Part shown: in pieces, positions 10,470-20,640 of the stretch
How the letters are laid out: every line of letters begins with the position of its first letter
How positions within the stretch are numbered: the stretch's first letter is position 1
NCBI GenBank assembly: GCA_965238275.1
Contig: OZ250186.1
Span: forward strand, 1,792,001-1,856,000
From: Nitrosopumilus sp.
GTDB lineage: Archaea > Thermoproteota > Nitrososphaeria > Nitrososphaerales > Nitrosopumilaceae
DNA: 64,000 bases
Reading direction: 5' to 3'
Program-made: the position numbers and the translations under genes
Notes under the pieces: generated by a model
Seen by the model: the letters and a program-made list of their open reading frames with translations, nothing else
Told to the model about the DNA's origin: nothing
The model's database searches: none

Positions 10470-10684
10470 GACTATGCGTTACCATCACATACAGGGGCGG
10501 CATGTTCGTGTTTCCAGGAGACGGCAGAGACTGCCTCAGGGGAGACCCGGAGACGAGGCATGTCCTATACAAGAGCCTGAATCCCGAGGAAGGCGACGTA
10601 ATCATCATCTCGTCATCGGATGACGAGTTTACAGCAGAGATCTCTGCAAAGAACTCCGCCCTGCAGACATTAACTGCAGGCTAA
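10470..10684 (+). pseudogene. C-terminal remnant of a DUF4443-like archaeal protein
   Basis: TITYRGGMFVFPG...LNPEEGDVIII...AEISAKNSAL resembles the DUF4443 C-terminus; no credible N-terminus follows livF. Confidence 0.55.
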
Positions 10685-10803
10685 GGGATGCGCCCAGAAA
10701 TGATGGCAACTGTTTGCACGGCCCATGTAATCACAAAAAATCCAACCACATCCCCGGTACATGAGCAGTTAATTAATATTCAAACAGTCAGAAAACCCCA
10801 CAA

Positions 10804-12084
10804 ATGACAAAGATCAGCATAGAAAAACAGGATTCAGTCAAAATCTACAAGATTAGAAAGATTCTTGACGAGTTGTCACAAAAATCAGGCAGGGGAACCG
10901 AACTCATCACAGTGTACATTCCCAAAAGCAAGCAGCTTCACGAGATCATAAACTCGCTGCAGCAGGAACAGGGTACGGCAGACAACATAAAGTCGGATCT
11001 GACAAGGACGCACGTGGTGGGATCCCTGGGAAAGGTAGTCCAGAAACTCAAGATGTATAAAAAGACCCCCGAGAAGGGGCTGGTGATATTCTGTGGCGCG
11101 CTGCCCCCGGAGGGAGGCTGCCCCCTTGGAGGCGAGGTCCTCCAGACATGGGTGATTGACCCACCCAAGGAACTAAACCAGTATCTGTACAGGTGTGACG
11201 ATCACTTTCATGTGGATATTCTAAAGGACATGCTAAAAGACGACAACCTTATCGGGTTTCTGGCAATTGATGCAAAGGATGCAGGATGGGGACTTCTTCA
11301 CGGCGACAGAATCGAGGTGCTTGCCCAGACAGGCTCGGGGGTTGCAGGAAAGCACAGGCAGGGCGGCCAGTCTGCAAAGAGGTTTCAAAAGCTCAGGGAG
11401 ATGGAGCTGACGTACTACTTTAACAGGGTGGCAGCAACCACAAAGGAGTACTTTATCGACATCTATCCGGTCAAGGGCCTGATTGTGTCAGGCCCCGGAC
11501 CCACCAAGGAGGATTTCATCAACGGCAGCTATCTGGAGTACAGGCTGCAGGACATGATACTGTCTACAATCGACTCGTCATACTCGGGATCAGAGGGCGT
11601 GAGGGAGGCGTTTGTAAAGTCTGCAGACATCCTGTCGGACTTTAGAATGGTCGAGGAGCGCAAGCTGGTAGAGGATCTCTTCAAGGAGATAAACTCGCAC
11701 TCGGGACTTGGCTCGTACGGGCTGGAGGAGGTAGTCAGATACCTGAAGAACAACGTAGTCAGCACGCTGATCATCACGAACAACACCGGCCTGCACAGGA
11801 TCGAGGGCAGGTGCAGAAGATGCCAGCACGTTCAGGAGGAGATCATCGAACGATCCCGGGTGATTCCAAAAAAGACAGAGTACACAGGCAGTCCATGTCC
11901 GGGCTGCGCTGCAATGGAGGTTGTGGCAACAGAGCAGGACATTGTGGACTATCTGGAGCTTCTGGCATCCCAGACCGGCTCCAGGCTGGAGATAATATCT
12001 GGGGCTGCCGAACACGGAAACATGCTTGCAAGCCTGGGAAAGATAGGCGCGATTCTAAGATACAACCCGGGCCACTCTAGATGA
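10804..12084 (+). CDS. prf1: Peptide chain release factor aRF1
   Basis: GTADNIKS, YRCDDHF and GKHRQGGQSAKRF motifs. Confidence 0.97.
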   Translation: MTKISIEKQDSVKIYKIRKILDELSQKSGRGTELITVYIPKSKQLHEIINSLQQEQGTADNIKSDLTRTHVVGSLGKVVQKLKMYKKTPEKGLVIFCGALPPEGGCPLGGEVLQTWVIDPPKELNQYLYRCDDHFHVDILKDMLKDDNLIGFLAIDAKDAGWGLLHGDRIEVLAQTGSGVAGKHRQGGQSAKRFQKLREMELTYYFNRVAATTKEYFIDIYPVKGLIVSGPGPTKEDFINGSYLEYRLQDMILSTIDSSYSGSEGVREAFVKSADILSDFRMVEERKLVEDLFKEINSHSGLGSYGLEEVVRYLKNNVVSTLIITNNTGLHRIEGRCRRCQHVQEEIIERSRVIPKKTEYTGSPCPGCAAMEVVATEQDIVDYLELLASQTGSRLEIISGAAEHGNMLASLGKIGAILRYNPGHSR

Positions 12085-12496
12085 GAATGCTGCGGATCCT
12101 TTGCGCAAGGTCTGATAGCTCTGCATCGTCGGGGATGCTGCGTTTTGTCCAGACCGAGCCCCTGCTGTTGTATCTGGGAATTATATGTATGTGGACATGC
12201 GGGACTATCTGCTTTGCTGCACGGCCGTTGTTCTGGCCCACGCTAAAGGCGTCTGCGCCGGCAGCCTCCAGGACGGCGCCGGCAATCTTGGGAACCAGTG
12301 AAAATATCCTTCCCACGGCCTCAGGGGTCATGTCAGTGATCCTTTCATGGTGGCTGCGCGGTATTATCAGGCTGTGGCCCACATCAATCGGATACTTGTC
12401 CAGCAGTGCGACGTGGTCCTCATCAGAGTACAGCACGTGCCCGTCCATTCTTCCTGCAAGGATGTCACAGAATATGCAGTCCATTGTCCTGTTCAA
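12077..12496 (-). CDS. HIT family hydrolase
   Basis: DCIFC and HVHIHIIPR motifs. Confidence 0.93.
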   Translation of the reverse strand: MNRTMDCIFCDILAGRMDGHVLYSDEDHVALLDKYPIDVGHSLIIPRSHHERITDMTPEAVGRIFSLVPKIAGAVLEAAGADAFSVGQNNGRAAKQIVPHVHIHIIPRYNSRGSVWTKRSIPDDAELSDLAQRIRSILI

Positions 12497-12742
12497 AGGG
12501 TAATTTTATTTATTGTTTTAAGATGGATTTGGCGTGGCAGCATTACAGGGGTACACGTGAAAAATCCCGGAGACGCATCTGCCCGGCCGCTGCCATAGTA
12601 TGCACTAAGATCCCGTTTGAGACTAGGCATGGTTTTGCAGGACTGGATACAATTTTGTGCCTGGACAAGTCACCGACCTGAGTGGTATCAATTCAGGTCC
12701 AATATAACCACGTGAGTCAGATTTATCGATACAAGGCACTAC

Positions 12743-12850
12743 TTGACCATGTTCAGATTGCAGCGTGCCAGAAATCTAATCATGATCAGATCCATGGATC
12801 CAGATCCCGTTCAGATTGACCATGTTCAGATTGCAGCGTGCCAGAAATCT
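12743..12850 (+). repeat. Two copies of a 35-bp direct repeat
   Basis: TTGACCATGTTCAGATTGCAGCGTGCCAGAAATCT at 12743-12777 and 12816-12850; a degenerate partial copy lies near 14924-14945. Confidence 0.9.
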
Positions 12851-12962
12851 TCGCGCAGGCAAGAATCGGCGGCATGCGATTTGTACCGGAAATTGTTCTT
12901 GGCGACCAGACGTGCGGCAACGACCCGTCCGCCAGAATGTTTTGGGCAGCCGCGGCGGCGGA

Positions 12963-14699
12963 TCAGGCCGGGATCGCGGATTCCATCCGGCGTCCGGACA
13001 CGGCTGCTGCCCCCGTCATGATGGGCGGTGGGATGCCAGAGGAGAAGATGTCCCAGCATGGATCCCGGGCCATCGCCAGCACCGCCTCGCGCGGGGATAT
13101 CCCGTTCTTTCTGCACGTCGCTATGAACGTCTGGTGCGTCGAAAAGTTTCGCGCCGCCGCCTTGTTGGGGTGCGGTGCCCTGTGGCGGGAGGGTATGATG
13201 TACCTGCGTATCAGGAGCTCAGTCGAGTTGTTGTGAAGCGGCATTCCAGGGTAGCGCAGCCCGGTGAAGAGGTTGTCTAGTGCGTTTTCCAGCGTGGTGG
13301 TAAGGGAATCGTGCTGAAACGAGTCGATGATCATGCGCACGCGGTCTGTCAGGGACGCTGTGTACTGCTTGACTGTCTCTGCCAGGCCGGGCACCTTGGA
13401 TGCGGCTTCCAGGTTGCTGGCGCACCGGATCGGTCCCCCGGCTGCGACCGTGATCAGGATTGCGGCCTTTTTGGCGTCCTTGTACACGTCCAGCAGCATC
13501 CTGTGCCTTACGTGTTGGTACGAGTCGTGCCCGTGCTTGATGGCCAGGGATTCGGACTTGCGGGTCACGTGCACGAGGCACCTGCCAAGCGGCCCGTTAT
13601 GCCACCCGAATCCGCTGGTCCCGTCGCGCATGGCCGGGCGGTTGGCCATCCAATTGTGCTGCGCGCGGAGATCCGCGGCACCCTTGCTGTCGGCCACCTT
13701 GATGGTGGTGGTGTGGAGTGTGTTGGAGACTAGCACCTGCGCGGCATCCCCGGCCACCCTGCCGCCCGTCTCGTCGGTGGCCGCGTGCGGGTCCATCGAC
13801 GCCCTCTCCAGGATCGCCCCCATGATTGGCCTGGGAGCCGCCGGGTTCCTGCCGCAACCGCCGTCCACTGCCGGCTCGTCCACTGCACGTCCCTCCAGTT
13901 TCCTTGCCATGGCCGTGCGGCAGTGGGATATTGCCCCTGCCGAGAGCTTGACCCCGTGGAGTTCCTCCAGGAACATCCTTATGCTTCCCTGCCCGGCGTC
14001 GCCGTCAAAATACGTCTCGATGATAGCCCTCAGTCTGGGCCCGAACGAGGTACCCTCGATCGCGTCGGTGTGGGGGACGGCCGTGGCGCCGCAGGCTGCA
14101 CACTCGGCAAGCCAGATGTAATACATGAGGCACTCGATCCCCGCGCCGTCTTCGCGCAGGTCGTAGATCCTCTTGCGGATGATCCTTGTCACATGCAGGT
14201 CCGTCCCGCCGCAGTTCTGGCAGGTCTCCGGGATAAACGTGCACGTGCCTGTCGGCATGTCGCCTCGGGAGGATCCCTGCGTCCCGGGCTGCTTGCCAGG
14301 TTTTTTGGCAGGAGGGGGTTCCCGACCTTCGGCTTCTGCCTTGCGCGCCTCCCCTTCCCTGCGGAACTCCCTGCGCGTCTTGAGCGCCGGCCCGTTCTCA
14401 GAGGGCCTGCCGTTCCAGCCGTGGGCGACTTTCATGGCCCTGTTGAGGTACGCGATCTCGTCGTCTCGCACCTTGATCCTAGACTCCAGCCTTTCTGTCT
14501 TCTCCAGCGCCGCGGCAAGTTCGTTCTTGTCCTTCCGGCGCGCCGCGGCAAGCTCTTCTTCCAGCTCGTTTACGATCGCCCACACCCTGCACAATGCCCC
14601 GCGCAGCACCTTCTTCTCGTCATATGCAGGCGGCGCCGGCAGGGACACGATGCCGGATCCCGAACACGCCGGGCATTTTGCGTGACTGCAGGATAACAT
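12963..14699 (-). CDS. IS66-family transposase (TnpC-like, single ORF)
   Basis: Coiled coil, KKPGKQPG, CQNCG...CAACG zinc finger, TDETG, RDG, CLVH and HNNSTE motifs. Confidence 0.85.
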   Translation of the reverse strand: MLSCSHAKCPACSGSGIVSLPAPPAYDEKKVLRGALCRVWAIVNELEEELAAARRKDKNELAAALEKTERLESRIKVRDDEIAYLNRAMKVAHGWNGRPSENGPALKTRREFRREGEARKAEAEGREPPPAKKPGKQPGTQGSSRGDMPTGTCTFIPETCQNCGGTDLHVTRIIRKRIYDLREDGAGIECLMYYIWLAECAACGATAVPHTDAIEGTSFGPRLRAIIETYFDGDAGQGSIRMFLEELHGVKLSAGAISHCRTAMARKLEGRAVDEPAVDGGCGRNPAAPRPIMGAILERASMDPHAATDETGGRVAGDAAQVLVSNTLHTTTIKVADSKGAADLRAQHNWMANRPAMRDGTSGFGWHNGPLGRCLVHVTRKSESLAIKHGHDSYQHVRHRMLLDVYKDAKKAAILITVAAGGPIRCASNLEAASKVPGLAETVKQYTASLTDRVRMIIDSFQHDSLTTTLENALDNLFTGLRYPGMPLHNNSTELLIRRYIIPSRHRAPHPNKAAARNFSTHQTFIATCRKNGISPREAVLAMARDPCWDIFSSGIPPPIMTGAAAVSGRRMESAIPA

Positions 14700-15313
14700 G
14701 TCTAGCCGCAGGCCTCCCCGTAATGAAGACGCCAGTCAATCCCCTTAAATTCCCCCTTGTTCAAGCGTGTTTGGCGTGCTGGTTTCTTCATTTGTGATGA
14801 TCTGGAGGAACTGGCACCCGTTCATACTTGGATCTTGGTAGTTTAGATTTGTTGGTAAGATTGTGAAAATATTAAACACGTATCGAGGCGGTACGGCCGG
14901 AAACTTCGGAATGATGCTGTCATGACCATGATCAGAACTGCGTGGTTATATTGGACCTGAATTGATACCAGGTTCCACCGGACAGGTTCCACCGAACAGT
15001 CTGATGCCGGTTTCTGGGAAGGACGCCTTTCCCATTCTGCGGATGCTGCAGTGGACACACGCAGTTAGGACGTTCAGATTGCATACGATACCGTGCAAGA
15101 ACGCCAGCCGAACCATTCAATGCCATGATTACTGGCTGCTATGGATTCTGCAAGCCTTACTTCTGCGTTAACTGGAATAATTCCCTGCCGTGGCGGATTG
15201 CCGCGCAGCATGGTCATAATGGGTTCAATTCCACATTCAGGTATTGCGCCAGGGGATGAGAAAACCGGTGTGGTTTTTTGCCCTGTGTGCTGTTATCCAG
15301 AACAGGCGTACCG

Positions 15314-18300
15314 TCAGGAGTTCTCAAGCACGTACGAGATGGCAGTGACAAACTCGTCCAGGCTAATCTGGTCCTTGGAGAACAGGGTTCCCAGATGCGT
15401 CATCGTCCAGTCAGGAAGGTTTCCATCTGGTTCCAGGCCGAGCGCAGCAAGGAGTTCCCTGTCGGTTGCAGACTCTGGTGCAAACCCGGACCACATGCGG
15501 ATTATCGTTTCAGGCGTGTTTTTGTCTGCTGTGGTGCTGCCAAGCCCAATCACGGGATCCTCAACGGGTTCGGGATCCACGCCAGGCTCGGCTACGGGTT
15601 CAGGATCCACTGCGGACTCTGGTTCCGATACCGCCACCTCAGATACAGGCGTTACCACCTCGAATGCATTCAGGATTCGTACCATTGTAATGGACGCATC
15701 GGTGTTCCACGTCCTGACTACAAGATTGGTCTGTTCCATCTCGTCTTCAAACGTGATACTGAATACGACTATGTGTCTTACCGAATCTGCCTCGCTGGTC
15801 TTGATGGAGACTGTGGCATCTGCGATGAGATCGTGCGGGTCGACTATCCGGATGTTGCCCATGTCATACGTGACGTAGGTGTCGCTGTCCCGGTATTCGG
15901 TGTTCTGTCCGTGCAGGTTCATGTATAGGGTAAAGTGTGCTATTTCTGCGTGGTCATACACGGCAAAGCTGATGGTGTTGGGGACTCCGGTCAGGAGGGT
16001 CTGGGGCTCCAGCGTGTTCAGGCTGCCACCCAGCAGGTAGTGACTGTCGTTTATGGCGATTGCAAAGTTGGACGAGTCACCTGCATTCATGGGGGTTATG
16101 AGCGCATACGGATCATGCGGATTAGTAATGTTGGAGGAATCCACATAGCCCAATGACTGCAGGGAGGCAAGATCCACTGCCGGCGTGGATGTGGAGGAGG
16201 ATGAGCGCTTGCGCGACTGCTTGTTTATTTCCTTGTCAGTAAAGCCTTCCAGAGGATTGCCATCCCCGTCTGCAATATCTCCGGTACCTCTAACATAGCA
16301 GAGTTTCGGGGTGGGGTCATCTGGTATCGTCTCAAGGAATTCCAGCGTGATTGTGGATCCGGATACGTCAACTGTTGACGCTGTAATTAACGTGTCGCAG
16401 ATGGTAAAATCGCCTAGTCCGGTCATGTCTTTCCCGACGGACTCAGAAAGCCTGACGTAGACGGTGCCGGAGTTGTCTATCGTGACAGAGCGCACCGTCG
16501 GGGCCGTGGTGTCAAGGGTGTTTCTCACTGCCTCGTCAAAGCCTGCAAGGGGCTTGCCTTTGAGATCCGTTATGGAGCCGGTGGTGTCGTTGTAGGCTAG
16601 CCGGGGAGAGTCAGAATCAAGCATGCCACCAGACAAGCTCAACGTGATTATATTAGCAAGGGATGTAACGCCACGGATGAGGATGGAAGAGTCGGACACG
16701 ATACCAGATATGGTAAATCCGGTAGTAGTGGTCACGCTCCGCACATTCTCAGACATGTTCACGATTATGGTGTCAGGTTCTCCTGTCTCGATGGAATCTA
16801 CATACGGTGCGACGTATATCTTGACAATCACTTTCAAGATGGCAGTCGCGGTGTTGTCGGAACGGTCAGTACATGTGTAGGTTACAGTATACGTGCTTGG
16901 GGTGGTTGAATTTACCGTGCCAGAAGTGGTGACGGCCCGGACACCGTCAACGTCATCAGTACACGTGACCACAGGATCGGTGTACGCGTCACCCTCGGTT
17001 ATTGTCAGCGGGTTGTCTCCCGGGATGTCGATGACAGGCCGTGTGCTGTCGGGCGTGACAGTAACGCTCTGAGTTGCAGTCACGGTGTTTTTGGAACTGT
17101 CAGTACAGGTATAGGTTACAGTCTGTGGGCCTGGACTGCGTGTATCTACTGCAGAATGCGTGGCAGTCAGGATGCCGTCAACGTCATCAGTACACGTGAC
17201 CGACGAGACGAATGTCGCACCCTGACTTACTGTTACTGCACCAGTGTTGTGAATGACAGGATCGATGTGGTTAGGCGGTGTCAGGCCGATTCGGATATCC
17301 TTGTTGTAGCTAAGCGAACCGATACTTCCTGGTTGGGGTAGCGTTGTTGGGATGGATGTACCATTGCCATACGTCAATGTGTAAGAATTGACATGAAATG
17401 CGTCCGTTCCAGCATACGCAAGGCGAGGAGAATAGTCGTATTTCCCCACACCATACTCAAAGATCAGGGTATCGCTTGCCGATTCCTTGTATACTGCACG
17501 TGCAGGCGGAGTGGTGTCCAGTGCAATGAATGGCAAAAGCGGGTTTATTGGGTAGGCGGGATTTGTAATGTCGATTATCTGGACGCCGTTGTCAAGGTAA
17601 GATGCAACCAGGGCGTAATGTTTGCCTCCAATTTGGGTCGTCGTGACAGAATACGCCGCGTAAAGTTCGTCAAAGCCGCCTGAGCCGTCAGTTATGTTGG
17701 CAGTTGACACGGGGCTTGCAGGGTCGGTTATGTTAATTATCTGGACACCGTCATCGAAATCAGATGCAACTAGGGCGTAATGTTTGCCTCCAATTTGGGT
17801 CGTCGTGACAGAATGCGCCCCGTAAAGTTCGCCAAAGCCGCCTGAGCCGTCAGTTATGTTGGCAGTTGACACGGGGCGGGCAGGGTCGGTTATGTCGATT
17901 ATCTGGACGCCGTCGTCGTTGTAAGCTGCGACCAGGGCGTAATGTTTGCCTCCAATTTGGGTCGTCGTGACAGACCGTGCCCCTTCAAGTTCGCCAAAGC
18001 CGCCTGAGCCTTCAGTTATGTTGGCAGTTGACACGGGGCGGGCAGGGTCGGTTATGTCGATTATCTGGACGCCGCTGTCTCCGTTAGCTGCGACCAGGGC
18101 GTAATGTTTGTCTCCAATTTGGGTCGTCGTGACAGAATACGCCCCGTTAAGTACGCCAAAGCCGCCTGAACCGTCAGTTATGTTGGCAGTTGCCATGGGG
18201 CGGGCAGGGTCGGTTATGTCGATTATCTGGACGCCGCTGTCGGAATCAGATGCAACCAAGGCGTAATGTTTGTCTCCAATTTGGGTCGTCGTGACAGACC

Positions 18301-18844
18301 GTGCCCCTTCAAGTTCGCCAAAGCCGCCTGAACCGTCAGTTATGTTGGCAGTTGCCACGGGGCTGGTAGGGTCGGTTATGTCGATTATCTGGACGCCGCT
18401 GTCTCCGTATGCTGCGACCAGGGCGTAATGTTTGCCTCCAATTTGGGTCATCGTGACAGAATGCGCCCCTTCAAGTTCGCCAAAGCCGCCTGAACCGTCA
18501 GTTATGTTGGCAGTTGCCACGGGGCTGGCAGGGTCGGTTATGTCGATTATCTGGACGCCGTCGTCGCCGTAAGCTGCAACCAAGGCGTAATGTTTGTCTC
18601 CAATTTGGGTCGTCGTGATGGAATATGCCTGAGCAAGCTCGCCAAAACCGTGTCTGCCATCAACGATATTGAATTCTTCAAAGGTTGGGTTTCCTGAAAG
18701 TATCATCCGGACATCAATGGAACCCTCCGTATAGGTGCCATTGGCAGTGTCGGAGGTTACGTTTGCCGACACCTGCGCGTGGGCAGACCCAACCCCCACA
18801 AGGAGCATCCCAAGGCAGAGCATGGCAGGCAGAATGTGGTTCAT
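15314..18844 (-). CDS. Large secreted/surface protein with seven LVIVD repeats (beta-propeller), Ig-like (DUF5011-like) domains and an acidic Pro-rich linker
   Basis: Signal peptide; 7 repeats of about 54 aa containing GVQIIDITDP; two VTCTDDVDG...VTYTCTD modules; EPVAEPGVDPEP linker. Confidence 0.9.
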   Translation of the reverse strand: MNHILPAMLCLGMLLVGVGSAHAQVSANVTSDTANGTYTEGSIDVRMILSGNPTFEEFNIVDGRHGFGELAQAYSITTTQIGDKHYALVAAYGDDGVQIIDITDPASPVATANITDGSGGFGELEGAHSVTMTQIGGKHYALVAAYGDSGVQIIDITDPTSPVATANITDGSGGFGELEGARSVTTTQIGDKHYALVASDSDSGVQIIDITDPARPMATANITDGSGGFGVLNGAYSVTTTQIGDKHYALVAANGDSGVQIIDITDPARPVSTANITEGSGGFGELEGARSVTTTQIGGKHYALVAAYNDDGVQIIDITDPARPVSTANITDGSGGFGELYGAHSVTTTQIGGKHYALVASDFDDGVQIINITDPASPVSTANITDGSGGFDELYAAYSVTTTQIGGKHYALVASYLDNGVQIIDITNPAYPINPLLPFIALDTTPPARAVYKESASDTLIFEYGVGKYDYSPRLAYAGTDAFHVNSYTLTYGNGTSIPTTLPQPGSIGSLSYNKDIRIGLTPPNHIDPVIHNTGAVTVSQGATFVSSVTCTDDVDGILTATHSAVDTRSPGPQTVTYTCTDSSKNTVTATQSVTVTPDSTRPVIDIPGDNPLTITEGDAYTDPVVTCTDDVDGVRAVTTSGTVNSTTPSTYTVTYTCTDRSDNTATAILKVIVKIYVAPYVDSIETGEPDTIIVNMSENVRSVTTTTGFTISGIVSDSSILIRGVTSLANIITLSLSGGMLDSDSPRLAYNDTTGSITDLKGKPLAGFDEAVRNTLDTTAPTVRSVTIDNSGTVYVRLSESVGKDMTGLGDFTICDTLITASTVDVSGSTITLEFLETIPDDPTPKLCYVRGTGDIADGDGNPLEGFTDKEINKQSRKRSSSSTSTPAVDLASLQSLGYVDSSNITNPHDPYALITPMNAGDSSNFAIAINDSHYLLGGSLNTLEPQTLLTGVPNTISFAVYDHAEIAHFTLYMNLHGQNTEYRDSDTYVTYDMGNIRIVDPHDLIADATVSIKTSEADSVRHIVVFSITFEDEMEQTNLVVRTWNTDASITMVRILNAFEVVTPVSEVAVSEPESAVDPEPVAEPGVDPEPVEDPVIGLGSTTADKNTPETIIRMWSGFAPESATDRELLAALGLEPDGNLPDWTMTHLGTLFSKDQISLDEFVTAISYVLENS
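17550..18647 (-). repeat. Intragenic tandem repeat, 162-bp unit, about 7 copies
   Basis: Near-identical units such as GGCGTAATGTTTG(C/T)CTCCAATTTGGGTC recur every 162 bp. Confidence 0.95.
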
Positions 18845-19059
18845 TTATAACATGACACCTCTACGTCACTTAGGTAACTAAACACAAATTTACTTAATAA
18901 ATTCATTTACAGAATCTTCAGGAATATGCTAATCTAATAAATGCATTGTTTAATATATACTTATATATCGTACAAAAATCATTCCGCCTGAAAATACTCA
19001 TGCACGCCATGCAATACTACTGCTTCAAGCTGCATGGAACAAAGGAGACGGCGAGGCCA

Positions 19060-19245
19060 AAACGGACTGACGACAAGTCCATACGTTGCGTCATTGGGCA
19101 GCTAAAAAAGGACACGGATGCGGATACCGTGGCAATGGAGGTACGCGTGACGCGGCAGCGGCACATCCAGAGACGGGGCAGGGTATCTCAAGACTGGAAC
19201 CATACACCGGCAACGCCCCGCCGGCCAGCCAAGCAGGCGTCATGA
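19060..19245 (+). pseudogene. Degraded N-terminal fragment of an IS481-like transposase
   Basis: DKSIRCVIGQLKK...VAMEVRVTRQRHIQR, then by frameshift YLKTG...PAGQP, resembles the HTH N-terminus of archaeal IS481-type transposases. Confidence 0.45.
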
Positions 19246-19378
19246 CCGGTTTGCCAATATGACCAGTGATGGAAAAAGAACAACCGGCCAGAATGCCAGA
19301 TATCTTAATGATGCCCTGCCGGTTATAAAAAACCCGCACCCAACGACGCCGGCACCTGAGTGCGTACCTGCCATACTC

Positions 19379-20591
19379 GGGTGTGTCCTAGAGACATATA
19401 CCCCCGGATGACAAAAGATATGGATCGGCAGATCACGGCATCGCCTAATGACTACAAAGAAACGCGATCAACGACAATACGATTTGGTTCAGCAGTACCT
19501 GTCTGGTCTCATGCTGAATACCGTGCTGGGAATAATCAAGGAGCTTGGGAATCCGTACGCCGTCAGGCCCGGCCTGGGCGGCATGACTGCATATCCGCCT
19601 GGCGCCATGGCAGCTGTCTGCATCATGCTTGAGGCACAGCGCACGACCTACCGTAAGATGGTCGGCATTCTCCGGAATAACGGCACCATGGCAGCCAAGA
19701 TGGGCCTGGACCGGATTCCCTCCAAGAGCACGATAGCGCGCGCCTACGGCCTGATCCCGGAATGGTATCTGGCAGAGGCACACCGGATTGCCATCAGGGA
19801 GGTGGAGGCAGGCTCCCTGGCAGCAGACAGCACCGGATACTCGTACCTGCGGTTTGTCAGGTGGCTTGACGTCAGGACCGACAGTTTTCGCACCAGGAAG
19901 GGATGGGTCAAACTGCACGCAATCGTGGATATCCGCACCAGGGTGATAATCGACTGCATGGTGACAGACAGCGCGGTGGCAGACATAAACGGGTTGTATG
20001 TGATGCTCTGCAGGCTAAGCCGGGGCACCGGCGACTTTTGCCTGGATTCTGCGTATCTGGCAAGGCTCATGTGCAACATGATATCTGCCATGGGAATGGT
20101 GCCCCGCATCAAGCCAAAGTCCAACACCGTACGCAACGCCAAGGGAAGCCAGTCGTGGCGCGAGATGGTGAGCCTGTACATGGATGATCGGGACAAATTT
20201 GATTCGCAGTACCACCAGCGGAGCATCATCGAGGCAGTCTTTGCCGCCCTCAAGAAGATGTACGGGGATGGCACCAGATGCCGAAAACACGAGAACCGGG
20301 CAAATGAGGTTGCGATCCGCATCATGTGCTACAACGTCGAGCTCGTGGCCAGATTGCAGGCAAAAGACGGTAGGCTCACACAGGATCAAATCGCGATACT
20401 TGCAGCGTAACCGGCACGTCTTGACACGCGCCTCCTAGCGGAGCCTCCGCACAGCGTCTTGGATTTGGGGGATTTTATGGGTTGTGGGGGATCGACGGTG
20501 CTGCACTGTTGATGCCGACGGGTTCTGGCACCAATCGTGTCTTTGACATCTTGGCACATGGGATGGCATTTTTTATTACTAGGACACACCC
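19379..20591 (+). mobile_element. Complete IS5-family insertion sequence
   Basis: 13-bp TIR GGGTGTGTCCTAG (19379-19391 and 20579-20591); 9-bp target duplication GCCATACTC (19370-19378 and 20592-20600). Confidence 0.92.
19448..20410 (+). CDS. IS5-family DDE transposase
   Basis: ADSTG, WVKLHAIVD, LDSAY and YHQRSIIEAVFAALK motifs. Confidence 0.9.
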   Translation: MTTKKRDQRQYDLVQQYLSGLMLNTVLGIIKELGNPYAVRPGLGGMTAYPPGAMAAVCIMLEAQRTTYRKMVGILRNNGTMAAKMGLDRIPSKSTIARAYGLIPEWYLAEAHRIAIREVEAGSLAADSTGYSYLRFVRWLDVRTDSFRTRKGWVKLHAIVDIRTRVIIDCMVTDSAVADINGLYVMLCRLSRGTGDFCLDSAYLARLMCNMISAMGMVPRIKPKSNTVRNAKGSQSWREMVSLYMDDRDKFDSQYHQRSIIEAVFAALKKMYGDGTRCRKHENRANEVAIRIMCYNVELVARLQAKDGRLTQDQIAILAA

Positions 20592-20640
20592 GCCATACTC
20601 CGAATGGTTAATTAGTGCAGATTTTTGAATTAAACTAGTC

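Larger units (their letters stand above)
12683..14970. mobile_element. Element bounded by a perfect 30-bp inverted repeat and containing an IS66-like transposase
   Basis: TGGTATCAATTCAGGTCCAATATAACCACG at 12683-12712 and its exact reverse complement at 14941-14970; no target duplication seen. Confidence 0.75.

Noticed and set aside
12743-12850. 35-bp repeat / 38-bp spacer / 35-bp repeat resembling a minimal CRISPR array
   Set aside because: Only two copies; the spacer is itself made of repeat-like CAGAT words; no cas genes or leader; it lies inside a mobile element.
17550-18647. Variable-position repeats as a possible diversity-generating retroelement target
   Set aside because: No reverse transcriptase or separate template repeat in the window, and differences do not look adenine-specific.
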